DNA of 64,000 nt from positions 33,418 through 97,417 of IMG/VR virus record IMGVR_UViG_3300017992_000017; one strand, 5' to 3'. Within the stretch, counting starts at the first letter, position 1. Every line of letters starts with the position of its first letter. The notes beneath the pieces were generated by a model. The model saw only the letters and a program-made list of their open reading frames with translations, made no database searches and was not told the DNA's origin. The position numbers and the translations under genes are program-made. Shown here one piece after another: positions 19,092-28,407 of this stretch. Origin of the DNA: a virus. Its lineage: Duplodnaviria; Heunggongvirae; Uroviricota; Caudoviricetes.

Positions 19092-20147
19092 ATGACGGAC
19101 GTGAGGTTGGAAACGGGTGACTGTCGTGAAGTGATGTCGGCGTACGAGGAGAGCACGTTCACAGCGTGCGTGACCGATCCTCCCTACGAGCTGGGTTTCA
19201 TGGGTAAGGACTGGGACCAGGCCGGGGTTTCCTACGATTCCGAGACGTGGCGTGCCGTGTTACGTGTCTTGAAGCCGGGTGCGTTTCTCCTGGCGTTTGG
19301 GGGGACCAGGACGTACCACCGGATGACCTGCGCGATTGAAGATGCCGGGTTTGAGGTTCGGGACTGCATGATGTGGCTGTACGGGAATGGGTTTCCTAAG
19401 TCGCATAACATCTCGAAAGCGATCTCCAAATCAGGAGACAGAACAGCGTCTGACATGTGGGACGGCTACGGGACTGCTCTGAAACCCGCCTGGGAGCCGG
19501 TTGTTGTGGCCATGAAATCCTTGTCTGGGACGTTTGCGAAGAACGCTTTAGAGCAGAGGGTGGCTGGATTGAATGTTGATGGCGGGCGAGTGGAGTATGA
19601 GACCGGCGGCAGTCTCGCCAGCAATCCCTCCTTACGTCGCTCGGTCAAGGGTGGCAACGGCGGCCATATCATCGCCACAGAATCCGAAAGCCGCGAGATG
19701 GTTTCTCACGCCAAAGGCCGCTGGCCTGCGAACCTCCTGCTCGATGAAGAGTCGGGGGCGATGCTGGACAAGCAGAGCGGCGAGCGTCCGGGGTGTAGGT
19801 CGCGCAGCAACGCCAAGCCGGAGAGCAAGTTCCGACCCGGTCAAGGCGAGTACATGCCCCAAGGGCCAATCTACCCGGACACGGGCGGCGCGTCTCGGTT
19901 CTTCTACTGCGCCAAATCCAGCAAGAAAGAACGTGGCGAAGGAAACGACCACCCAACCGTCAAACCACTGAGACTGATGAAACATCTACTGACCCTCGTG
20001 ACTTACCCAGAGCAGAACCTGGTTCTCGACCCGTTCTGCGGATCTGGGACGACCCTACTAGCGTGCCGGGAGATGGGGTTGTCGTGCGTGGGTATCGACT
20101 CGGACCCACATGCTGTTGAAATCGCGGAAGCACGGGGAGTCAACTGA
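19092..20147 (+). CDS. DNA methyltransferase, beta-class N6A/N4C (DPPY)
   Basis: CVTDPPYE (motif IV) near the N-terminus and DPFCGSGTT (motif I) near the C-terminus. Confidence 0.85.
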   Translation: MTDVRLETGDCREVMSAYEESTFTACVTDPPYELGFMGKDWDQAGVSYDSETWRAVLRVLKPGAFLLAFGGTRTYHRMTCAIEDAGFEVRDCMMWLYGNGFPKSHNISKAISKSGDRTASDMWDGYGTALKPAWEPVVVAMKSLSGTFAKNALEQRVAGLNVDGGRVEYETGGSLASNPSLRRSVKGGNGGHIIATESESREMVSHAKGRWPANLLLDEESGAMLDKQSGERPGCRSRSNAKPESKFRPGQGEYMPQGPIYPDTGGASRFFYCAKSSKKERGEGNDHPTVKPLRLMKHLLTLVTYPEQNLVLDPFCGSGTTLLACREMGLSCVGIDSDPHAVEIAEARGVN

Positions 20148-20440
20148 TGAAGCAGGAAACGATCGCACGTCTGGTTCGTGAGTGTCCAGACGATGATGAC
20201 CTGGCGAAACTCCTACACGAGCAGCTGGAATTAGAGAAGTCCATCCGTAAACGTCGGTACGAGATCCGTTCGCAAGAGGAGCAGGTGCGGAAACAGCACG
20301 AGGAAGCGATGAAGACCCTCCGTGACCAGTGGCGGCTACTTTGGGAGAACTGTCCTCATCACGAGACGACGTACCATCCCGATCCGGCAGGTGGTTCGGA
20401 CAGTCATATGGCGTGCAATCTCTGTGGGAAGGAGATGTGA
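20147..20440 (+). CDS. hypothetical protein
   Basis: 97-codon ORF. TGATG coupling to the methyltransferase. Confidence 0.45.
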   Translation: MKQETIARLVRECPDDDDLAKLLHEQLELEKSIRKRRYEIRSQEEQVRKQHEEAMKTLRDQWRLLWENCPHHETTYHPDPAGGSDSHMACNLCGKEM

Positions 20441-20655
20441 TGGTGATGACCCGAGAAGAAGCACGTGAGATTTTGGATCAGGTTGTGGCTAACCAGAAGA
20501 CGCTGACTGCCTGCTCCGGTCCCCACGAGTTCGAGCCGGTGAGTAAGGATAAGAAGTTCTCTCGTAGGTATCGTTGTAAGAAGTGTGGGGGTGAAGTTGA
20601 GAGCCTGCATAAGTACTGGTACGAGCAAGGACTGAAACACGGGAGTAGGAAGTGA
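20440..20655 (+). CDS. hypothetical zinc-ribbon protein
   Basis: CSGPHEF...CKKCGG. ATG overlaps the upstream stop. Confidence 0.4.
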   Translation: MVMTREEAREILDQVVANQKTLTACSGPHEFEPVSKDKKFSRRYRCKKCGGEVESLHKYWYEQGLKHGSRK

Positions 20656-21098
20656 AACACTCCGAGATGTGCAATCTGATGGGACAGGTAGTGACAGTAC
20701 GTCAGCAGCTCTGCGCCCGACGTCAGGGTATCCAGAAGAGATGGCTGTCCGAGAAAGTACCTGAGAGAGCTGGCTGGGTTGTCGGGTTCACGATACGGAT
20801 GGATGGACAAATTGAGCAGGGTGGTGACTTCTACAAGCCTCCGTACTTTCGGGAAACCAAGCGTACACCGTGTCTTCTGGTCGCATACTGGCCAACGGTA
20901 AAGCCTGTGCCGGTTCCTCTTGACGGATACGAGCTAGGTGGAACCCCAACGCCTCCGGACTTTGGCGGGTGGAGAGGAATCAATGAGGAAGCACTCCAGC
21001 GATACAAGCGAGAGCTCCGGGACGACATGATTCGCTGGCCTCGTGACAAGAAAGGCCGGTGGTTGAAACAGACTCCGGTACTTGGGAGCCAAACATGA
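20652..21098 (+). CDS. hypothetical protein
   Basis: 148-codon ORF. GTGA overlap. Confidence 0.45.
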   Translation: MKHSEMCNLMGQVVTVRQQLCARRQGIQKRWLSEKVPERAGWVVGFTIRMDGQIEQGGDFYKPPYFRETKRTPCLLVAYWPTVKPVPVPLDGYELGGTPTPPDFGGWRGINEEALQRYKRELRDDMIRWPRDKKGRWLKQTPVLGSQT

Positions 21099-21442
21099 TT
21101 GAGGTCGCGGTCGATTACACCGTTACGATCCTTGTCTTGGCGATTCTGGTTGTTGGCGCCGGGACGTGCGTGGCGGGTGGTCTCTGGCTGCTGGTGAAGT
21201 TCTTTGACTGGATCCTGGTCGGTGGCAATCCCCGTCTTCCTGGTCGAGGTGCTGTAGCTGTTTGTAGCCAGGGGATCGTTGGGATGATCGAGAACGACAA
21301 ACCTCAACGCGTCCATTACCCGGACGGAAACACGGGAAAAGCGTGGGTCGGACGTGCGATCTGGCCACCTGGTGTGTTTGGTGAGAAGTGGTCGAGTCGG
21401 AATCCGCGTGTGCTGTGTAGGATACCAAAGGAGATGCTGTAA
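21095..21442 (+). CDS. membrane protein
   Basis: ATGA overlap. N-terminal TM segment VTILVLAILVVGAGTCVAGGLWLLV. Confidence 0.45.
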   Translation: MIEVAVDYTVTILVLAILVVGAGTCVAGGLWLLVKFFDWILVGGNPRLPGRGAVAVCSQGIVGMIENDKPQRVHYPDGNTGKAWVGRAIWPPGVFGEKWSSRNPRVLCRIPKEML

Positions 21443-22363
21443 ATGAAAGCCAAGAACGTCAAGTCAGTTATCCGTAGCAAGATCAACCATTTCCTGAAGC
21501 ATGTTCGGGACGAGGATGTCCGGAAGGTTCTGGAGAAGAACATCGTTGTTACTGGTGGAGCGATCGCGTCGCTGCTTCTCGGCGAAGAGGTGAACGATTT
21601 CGACATATATCTCCGGTCCAAGGAAGCTGCGTTGACGGTGGCTCAGCACTATGCAGCCGAGTTCGCCAATAATTCGCCACCCAGGCACCGCAATTCAAGC
21701 CAGAAATGCAACGTCGTCGTGGAGGAGCTGCCGGATCGCATACGCATCAAGGTCCAGTCAGCGGGCATTGCATCAGAGCAAGGCGACGAAGACTACGAGT
21801 ACTTCGAGACAACCAACCCCGAAGACGCCGACGCGCACGAGTATGTCAGCAAGGTACTGTCTATCGCACAAGATGCTGAGCCGGATAACGAGAAACCGAA
21901 ATACAGGCCGGTCTTCCGCACGGCCAACGCAATCACACTGAGCGACAAGGTCCAGATCGTGACCCGGTTCTTTGGCGAACCGGACGAGATCCACGAGAAC
22001 TACGACTTTGTACACGTCACCAACTACTGGACCAGCTGGGATAACAAATTGGTGCTTCGGCCGGATGCGATAGAGGCTCTCCTTGCTCGCGAGCTCCGGT
22101 ACGTCGGCAGTAAGTACCCCCTCTGTTCCGTGATCCGCACACGTAAGTTCATCCAGCGGGGGTGGGCCGTTACAGCTGGTCAGTACCTCAAGATGATTAT
22201 GCAGCTCCAGGAATTAGACCTGCATGACATACGTGTGCTGGAGGAGCAACTGACCGGTGTGGATGCAGCGTATTTTGATGAAGTCCTGGCTGCTCTGAAG
22301 AAGAAAGACGCGAAAAGGGTTGACGCGGCGTACTTGGTTGAGCTGATCGACAGGATCTTTTGA
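21443..22363 (+). CDS. hypothetical protein with a possible Pol-beta-superfamily nucleotidyltransferase motif
   Basis: VVTGGAIASLLLGEEVNDFDIYL resembles the GG...D.D head of CCA-adding/poly(A) polymerase-type NTases. Motif-level evidence only. Confidence 0.3.
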   Translation: MKAKNVKSVIRSKINHFLKHVRDEDVRKVLEKNIVVTGGAIASLLLGEEVNDFDIYLRSKEAALTVAQHYAAEFANNSPPRHRNSSQKCNVVVEELPDRIRIKVQSAGIASEQGDEDYEYFETTNPEDADAHEYVSKVLSIAQDAEPDNEKPKYRPVFRTANAITLSDKVQIVTRFFGEPDEIHENYDFVHVTNYWTSWDNKLVLRPDAIEALLARELRYVGSKYPLCSVIRTRKFIQRGWAVTAGQYLKMIMQLQELDLHDIRVLEEQLTGVDAAYFDEVLAALKKKDAKRVDAAYLVELIDRIF

Positions 22364-22884
22364 TGCACGACACACTCTACAACCTCGAACTGGTGAGAGA
22401 AAAGCTAGACCTATGTGATCCTGACGTTTTTACCGAGGTGGTGCACAAGGAGACAAAGGCGCTGACCACGTATGCTCGTGATCTTGTCGGGGACGATCTT
22501 GCGCAGGACGTGGTACAAGAGGTTTGGTTGCATGCGTGGATGAAGCGACACGAGTACGATGGTAATCCCAAACTAATTCGTTGGTGGTTGTGTAGGTTTG
22601 CTTACTACTACGGACTGAAGATCCAGAGGGAGGAGGCACGACAGAGACACTACCATCTTTTCCCAGCCGAACCGGATCCGAAAGAACCTGTGGAAGATGT
22701 CGTGCTTTGTAGTCTCGTTGCGGAGTTTGTCCAGGGTCTTCCACCGAAACAGGAGCAAGCTGTACGTTTATGGTCCTTGGGATACACGTACAAAGAAATC
22801 GCTGGCCAGATGAACATCTCAGTCTCAGCTGCCACGTCGAATGTCAGTCTTGCACGTAAGAAGCTACACGAATTACTCAACTAA
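22363..22884 (+). CDS. sigma-70 family (ECF-like) sigma factor
   Basis: Region 2-like AQDVVQEVWLHAW. Region 4 HTH LPPKQEQAVRLWSLGYTYKEIAGQMNISVSAATSNVSLARKKL. Confidence 0.7.
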   Translation: MHDTLYNLELVREKLDLCDPDVFTEVVHKETKALTTYARDLVGDDLAQDVVQEVWLHAWMKRHEYDGNPKLIRWWLCRFAYYYGLKIQREEARQRHYHLFPAEPDPKEPVEDVVLCSLVAEFVQGLPPKQEQAVRLWSLGYTYKEIAGQMNISVSAATSNVSLARKKLHELLN

Positions 22885-22896
22885 GCAGGAGCCTAC

Positions 22897-23457
22897 ATGA
22901 CGTTCGGACGTGACGACCCCGTTGACCTGACATCCCATGAAGTGTTTGAAGCCGTGGTTCGGAAGTACAAGAACTGGATGTACCGGCTGGCTGGCCAGTA
23001 TGTGGAGCAACCTGCCGACCAGGATGACGTTGTGCAGTATGCGTGGTTGATCGTGTGGCAGGGACGGCACAAGTATACCGGTCCTGTGGGTAAGCTCCCG
23101 TTCTGGTTGAAGAAAGCAATACGCTACGCCGCACTGAATATCTACCGACAGCACCAAAGATTCCCGATGACAGGCTGTGATTTCTCGCGGGAGATCGATC
23201 CGTGTGCAGCAGAACCGGCAGTAGGTAGGGAGAAGGCCGAGCAAACGGAGGATCAGCACCAGCAAATCGACCGTGCTATGGCAACATTTCGGTTTCTCCC
23301 CAAACAACAACGGAGTGTCGTCAGGTTACGGATGGAAGGTCTACGGAATGAGGATATCGCCAAGAAGATGCGCCTCTCCAAGTCGTGCGTAGGCTCCCAT
23401 CTTCATCGTGCCAGGAAGAAGATCCGGCGTGAGATCGAGGAATCTCCAACTCTCTAA
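22897..23457 (+). CDS. sigma-70 family (ECF-like) sigma factor, second copy
   Basis: DQDDVVQYAWLIVWQ. Region 4 LPKQQRSVVRLRMEGLRNEDIAKKMRLSKSCVGSHLHRARKKI. Confidence 0.7.
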   Translation: MTFGRDDPVDLTSHEVFEAVVRKYKNWMYRLAGQYVEQPADQDDVVQYAWLIVWQGRHKYTGPVGKLPFWLKKAIRYAALNIYRQHQRFPMTGCDFSREIDPCAAEPAVGREKAEQTEDQHQQIDRAMATFRFLPKQQRSVVRLRMEGLRNEDIAKKMRLSKSCVGSHLHRARKKIRREIEESPTL

Positions 23458-23485
23458 AACTCTAAGACTACAGAATCGTGTGAAT

Positions 23486-24463
23486 ATGGCTGACAAGAAC
23501 ACTTCCTACACAAGCGCTGACGTCCTACCGATCAAGGTAGTCCTCGATACCCAGACCGTGGACCATATCCGTCGTTACCGCAGGATTCCACCGATCCACG
23601 CTCAGGTCATCCCGACGAATCGCTGCAACAGAAACTGTCCAATGTGCAGCTGTAGCGAACGGACCAAGAACCACGAGATGGATCTGTTCGACGTCGAGAC
23701 CATAGCCAAGGATCTCCGTCGACTGGGGTGTCGAGCCGTGACGTTGACCGGGGGTGGTGAGCCGTTAGTGCATCCGCAGATCGTCGACATCATCCGGCTC
23801 TTTCACGTCCTGGATATCGAGATCGGGATGACCACCAACGGGATGCTGTTGCACGAGCTCCCCGAGGAGGTAGTCGAGCTGCTGACCTGGTGTCGGATCT
23901 CGAACGACGACTCCAGACACATGTCCCCTCTGTACATGGCCAGTCTCGACAAGGTGTTTGTGGGAAGCTCCGTAGGCTGGGGTTTTTCGCACGTGGTCTC
24001 CAAGACCCCTAACTTCGAGGAGATTGCCAGGGTTGTACGGTACGCCAACGAGTGGAAGATCACCCACGTTCGCCTCATCGCTGACCTGTTCGAGCCAAAG
24101 GCCGTCGATCTTACGAAGGTGCGGCAGTATCTCTATGAGGAAGGGATCGACGACTCCCGGGTCATCTACCAGAACCGCCAACAACCAGTCCGGGGAGGTC
24201 CTTGCTACATCGGGTACTTGAAACCCCTGATTTCTGCCGACTGCAAGGTATATGCGTGCTGTGGGGTGCAGTACGCGTTGGATCCCCCTACCCGTGACCT
24301 ACCTCCGGAACTCTGTATCGGGGACGCGTTGGACCTGGGTGCGCTCTATGACAGCAGCGACGTACAGCTCAACGGGGAGATATGCAAGACCTGTTACTAC
24401 GACAATTACAACAACCTTCTCGGGTCGCTCCTGAAAGACACCACGCACGAGGAGTTTGTATGA
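23486..24463 (+). CDS. radical SAM enzyme
   Basis: IPTNRCNRNCPMCS (CxxxCxxC), GGGEPLV glycine motif, extra C-terminal Cys cluster (CKVYACCG, CKTC). Confidence 0.8.
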   Translation: MADKNTSYTSADVLPIKVVLDTQTVDHIRRYRRIPPIHAQVIPTNRCNRNCPMCSCSERTKNHEMDLFDVETIAKDLRRLGCRAVTLTGGGEPLVHPQIVDIIRLFHVLDIEIGMTTNGMLLHELPEEVVELLTWCRISNDDSRHMSPLYMASLDKVFVGSSVGWGFSHVVSKTPNFEEIARVVRYANEWKITHVRLIADLFEPKAVDLTKVRQYLYEEGIDDSRVIYQNRQQPVRGGPCYIGYLKPLISADCKVYACCGVQYALDPPTRDLPPELCIGDALDLGALYDSSDVQLNGEICKTCYYDNYNNLLGSLLKDTTHEEFV

Positions 24464-25143
24464 CCTTCGCTATCATCTCCGGTGCTCGATCTGGCACGCA
24501 CATGCTCCGACTGGCGTTGTCGCAGCATCCGGACATCCACGTCTCTCACGAGTTGTTGAATCCTGATCGTTTAGGACACCGGTTTGGCGAGGAGACAGCG
24601 GAGACGATCATCCGGGAGTGGCAGCAAGAGCACTACCGGGAGGTCAAACAGCTAGGGTCTTTGTTGCATCGGGATCTTTACAACCGATCGGAGGAGATAC
24701 CTGGCGACCCCTGGAGAGATGTTCGTCGGAGTCACGCCAAGTTTATCAGCCTCTACCGGTACAACCTCCTCCGCAAGGTTCTCTCCGGGAGGACTGCGTT
24801 TGTCCACAAGAACTGGCAGTGCACGTCTCCCAGGACCAAGGAGTTGCCACCTATCACTCTGGATCCGGACCATCTTGAATCACATTGTCGCAAGGAGTGG
24901 AGGTCTTTCGGTCTGGTGGACGCGAGACTGCCACGTCACTTCGTCATCTCTTATGAAGATCTGGTGAGTGACTGGACGTATCACACGATGGCCATGCAGG
25001 AGTATTTGGGGGTGACGCCGGTTCAGCTCCACCCCCGAACTCACAAACAAGAAACACGCAGCCTCCGGGAAGCCATTGCGAACTACGACGAGATAGCTGA
25101 CCGGGTTTGTGAAATGGGTTGCGAAGACTGGTTAGAGGAGTAG
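24460..25143 (+). CDS. sulfotransferase (Stf0-like)
   Basis: ATGA overlap. FAIISGARSGTHML (5'-PSB-like loop) and ISLYRYNLLRKVLS (3'-PB-like R...S). Confidence 0.5.
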   Translation: MTFAIISGARSGTHMLRLALSQHPDIHVSHELLNPDRLGHRFGEETAETIIREWQQEHYREVKQLGSLLHRDLYNRSEEIPGDPWRDVRRSHAKFISLYRYNLLRKVLSGRTAFVHKNWQCTSPRTKELPPITLDPDHLESHCRKEWRSFGLVDARLPRHFVISYEDLVSDWTYHTMAMQEYLGVTPVQLHPRTHKQETRSLREAIANYDEIADRVCEMGCEDWLEE

Positions 25144-25145
25144 TC

Positions 25146-25892
25146 ATGCCAACTGTTAGCGTAATCTTGACGTCCCACAACCACGGACCGTTTCTGCGTC
25201 AAGCCATCGAGAGCGTGCTGGCTCAGACGTACACGGACTTCGAGCTATTGATTCTGGATGATGCGTCTACGGATGGGTCAGCAGACATTGCACGGGAGTA
25301 TGTCGGATCCAACGCCTTTCTCCAGGACTACCAAGAAAAGGCATCCAGTCTCGGGGTTGTCCTGAACCGTAGCATTCGTCTGGCTCGTGGAGACTACTGG
25401 GTCTGGGCACCTTCAGATGACGTGCTCAAACCGGATCTCCTAGAGAAGAAGATGGCCACGGCACAGGAGCATCCCGGCGCCGTCCTCTACTCAGACTGGG
25501 AGTACATCAATGAGCGGGGGGACGTGACCGGGACCAAACGTCTACCGGAATGGACCGCCGAGGATATCGCAAGGATGGTGTGGGAGAAGTCCATGCTCGG
25601 GTTCACCGGCATCTGGATACCCATGTCCGTCTTCGATGAGGTGGGGAACTGGCCGACGCACATGCTCTTCTCCGAGGACTTCTCCTGGTTCGTTCGAGCT
25701 ACGATCCACGGAATACCTTTCATCAACTGTCCTGAGGTCCTCTTCCAGAAACGGCTCAACCCTCTGCAGACAGCCAGTAAGGTCGGGACGAAACGCATCC
25801 TTGAGCTGGTACCCGCAATCCATAGTGAGCTCCGTTGGTACCAACATCTCTACCAACAACACCATCCTGACTACGAGGTGCCGAGTCAATGA
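25146..25892 (+). CDS. GT2 family glycosyltransferase
   Basis: VSVILTSHNHGPFLRQAIESVLAQTYTDFELLILDDASTDGS. Confidence 0.8.
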   Translation: MPTVSVILTSHNHGPFLRQAIESVLAQTYTDFELLILDDASTDGSADIAREYVGSNAFLQDYQEKASSLGVVLNRSIRLARGDYWVWAPSDDVLKPDLLEKKMATAQEHPGAVLYSDWEYINERGDVTGTKRLPEWTAEDIARMVWEKSMLGFTGIWIPMSVFDEVGNWPTHMLFSEDFSWFVRATIHGIPFINCPEVLFQKRLNPLQTASKVGTKRILELVPAIHSELRWYQHLYQQHHPDYEVPSQ

Positions 25893-26728
25893 GGGTTGTC
25901 TTCTTCTGGGGAACGTCTCCGTTGTCGTGGATGAGGTACGCCACGATCGCCAGCTTCCGGAAACTCAATCTGGACTGGGAGATCGAGCTGTATCTCTACC
26001 ACCACCAGCACGTCAAGAAGTACTGGACCGACTCCCCGGTGCAGGATTTTTCCGAGTACCGAGGAGCCGACTACTTTCCTTTGCTCACGGACCTTGGTGT
26101 TCGGGTCATTCCGTGGGAGTTGCCGGAGGAGCTGCAGGACAAGAAGCACGTCATCGGTCCTTCCCACGCCAGTAACTTCTTCAAGTGGAGCTGGCTGTCC
26201 GAGAACGTGGGTGTCTACTGCGACCTGGACATCCTCTGGACGTCCCCGCTTACGGACTGGCTTGACTGGGTGGCCACGTACGATGCTGCTCTTGCTTACA
26301 CGCCGGAGTACTTCTCGATCGGCCTTCTCTGGTCGGGACAGCAGCCGAACCCCGTCTACAAGGATATCCTGGCCGAGAGTTACCGCACCTTCACGCACAC
26401 CAAGTACCAGAGTGCCGGGGTCGTGGCACTCTATCGGTTACTGCAGAAGTTCGACCCAGCGTACCGTGAGCACCCGTGGGATAAGGATCTGCTCGCGAGG
26501 TACGACAACGCATACCTCTTCGACATGGACTGGGTCTATCCTTGGCGATTCAACCAGATGGAGGAGGTTTTCAACAAGAAGCACGAGGTCATCCCACCGA
26601 TGTGCAAGGGGATCCACTGGTACGCCGGGTCTCCAATCGCACAGAAGTACAACAACCTGATCACCGAGGACACGTTGGATCAGTACGACAATACGTTCAC
26701 CCATTTCGCGAGACGGGTCCTTGGTTGA
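25889..26728 (+). CDS. DXD glycosyltransferase (GT32 / Gly_transf_sug-like)
   Basis: FKWSWLSENVGVYCDLDILW. Paralog of the next gene. Confidence 0.45.
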   Translation: MRVVFFWGTSPLSWMRYATIASFRKLNLDWEIELYLYHHQHVKKYWTDSPVQDFSEYRGADYFPLLTDLGVRVIPWELPEELQDKKHVIGPSHASNFFKWSWLSENVGVYCDLDILWTSPLTDWLDWVATYDAALAYTPEYFSIGLLWSGQQPNPVYKDILAESYRTFTHTKYQSAGVVALYRLLQKFDPAYREHPWDKDLLARYDNAYLFDMDWVYPWRFNQMEEVFNKKHEVIPPMCKGIHWYAGSPIAQKYNNLITEDTLDQYDNTFTHFARRVLG

Positions 26729-27536
26729 TCCTAAGAAACATATCGTCTTCTTCTGGTCCGGTCGTTCGCTGTCTTGGCTGCGATACCTGACGATCTACTC
26801 GTTTCGTGTCCTGAACCCGGAGTGGAAGATCTCCCTGTACCTGTGTCATACGAGTCTGGTGACGACTTGGCTCGATCATAACCGTCTCGACTTCAGTGAG
26901 TATGAAGGTGAGGACTATCTTCCCAGGCTCCAGTTTCTAGGGGTCGATGTCCAGCAGTGGGAGTTGCCTCCGGAGATCTGTAGTGCCACACCTCCCCACG
27001 CGTGCGATCTATTCGAGTGGCAGTGGCTGTCGGAGAACGTCGGGTACTACGCCGACATGGACATCCTGTGGGTCCGACCGATGAAGGTCCCGGACTCTGA
27101 TGCAGCGATTGTGTACGGCAAGCAATTCAGTATCGGCTTGGTGTGGTCGGGTGTGGCTCCGAATCCTATGTTCCGGGACATCTACCAGGAGAGCCTCCGT
27201 ACGTACACACCCGCCGTCTACCAGAGTGCCGGGGTCGTTCCCATCTACCAGCTCTTAGGACATTCCGGTCCCGAGGTTGACCTGTCCATACCCTGGTTCG
27301 AGCGATTACGAGAGAAGTATCCCACGGTCTCCAAGCTGCCGTTCCCCATGATTCATCCGTGGGATCATGAGCAGCTGGAAGCCATGTACGACGAGCTACA
27401 TACCGAGGTACCAACAGACTGTGTCGGAATTCATTGGTACGGTGCTGCTCCAAGGTCCCAGACGTTCAACCAGGAATACGGACCGAGGACGCAGCAGGAT
27501 AATACGCTAAGTCATTTTGCGAGACGGGTGGCATGA
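26721..27536 (+). CDS. DXD glycosyltransferase (GT32-like), tandem paralog
   Basis: FEWQWLSENVGYYADMDILW and colinear similarity to 25889..26728 (VFFW, SIGL.WSG..PNP, YQSAGVV, GIHWY, HFARRV). Apparent TTG start. Confidence 0.45.
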   Translation: MVDPKKHIVFFWSGRSLSWLRYLTIYSFRVLNPEWKISLYLCHTSLVTTWLDHNRLDFSEYEGEDYLPRLQFLGVDVQQWELPPEICSATPPHACDLFEWQWLSENVGYYADMDILWVRPMKVPDSDAAIVYGKQFSIGLVWSGVAPNPMFRDIYQESLRTYTPAVYQSAGVVPIYQLLGHSGPEVDLSIPWFERLREKYPTVSKLPFPMIHPWDHEQLEAMYDELHTEVPTDCVGIHWYGAAPRSQTFNQEYGPRTQQDNTLSHFARRVA

Positions 27537-28303
27537 AACCCCTGGTGTCCGTGGTGGTGGCGACACGCAACAAGGACAAGATCCTGGCCAAGGTGCTGGC
27601 TAGTATCTACCGTCAGTCGTGTGCCTATCCCTTGGAGGTCGTGGTCGTTGATGACGGATCCACGGACAACACCCGGGAGACCTGCCTCGCGTACCCGGAC
27701 TTGCGATACATCAGGTTGGAGGGTGGGGAGTACCGAAACTCCTGCTTTGCTCGAAACTGTGGGTACTGGGCAGCGAACGGCATGGCGTTGGTACTGCAGT
27801 CGGATGATGTGGTGCATGTCTCCGAGCGTGCCGTCGAGAAGCTGGTCGATCGGTTGGGACCTGGCGAGTTTACGATTGCCACGGTCTACAACTACGACCC
27901 CGAGACCAACGCACCGGTCCTGATGTACACGGGGACGGGATGGAAGCGACCGTTCTTCTTCCTGGGAGCGATACGGACCGAGGACATCTATGCAGTCGGT
28001 GGGAATGAGGAGGAGCTATTGGATGTGGGGGTTGGGTTCGATGATACGTGGTTGGCCGACTGTCTCACGCTAGGACAAGGACTAACCCCGGTATTTATGC
28101 ACACCGTTCTTGGATATCACCAGAATCACCGTCCCCTGATCCCCGGCATCATGAGGGAGAAACACGCCGACGCGAAACTCTGGTACGAGGCAAAGGTGCG
28201 TACGGGAAGGTTCGTGACCTCTACCGGCGCGTGGACAGAACGAATGGATCCTGACGAATGGGTACGGCATTATCACGTGTGTCAAGATCTATCGAGGTAC
28301 TAA
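27533..28303 (+). CDS. GT2 family glycosyltransferase
   Basis: VSVVVATRNKDKILAKVLASIYRQSCAYPLEVVVVDDGSTDNT. Confidence 0.75.
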   Translation: MKPLVSVVVATRNKDKILAKVLASIYRQSCAYPLEVVVVDDGSTDNTRETCLAYPDLRYIRLEGGEYRNSCFARNCGYWAANGMALVLQSDDVVHVSERAVEKLVDRLGPGEFTIATVYNYDPETNAPVLMYTGTGWKRPFFFLGAIRTEDIYAVGGNEEELLDVGVGFDDTWLADCLTLGQGLTPVFMHTVLGYHQNHRPLIPGIMREKHADAKLWYEAKVRTGRFVTSTGAWTERMDPDEWVRHYHVCQDLSRY

Positions 28304-28407
28304 TGTCCGAAGACGTCTACTACCTGACTCCGAAAGCCATCATGGTCGGGGTGCTCAGTGAATATATCCCGCATGAAGAACTTGTAAACGCAGAGGACGA
28401 GGAATGA
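28303..28407 (+). CDS. small ORF (34 aa), translationally coupled on both sides
   Basis: TAATG overlap with the GT2 stop and ATGA overlap with the neuB start. Translation MSEDVYYLTPKAIMVGVLSEYIPHEELVNAEDEE. Not on the ORF track (under 60 aa). Confidence 0.3.
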   Translation: MSEDVYYLTPKAIMVGVLSEYIPHEELVNAEDEE

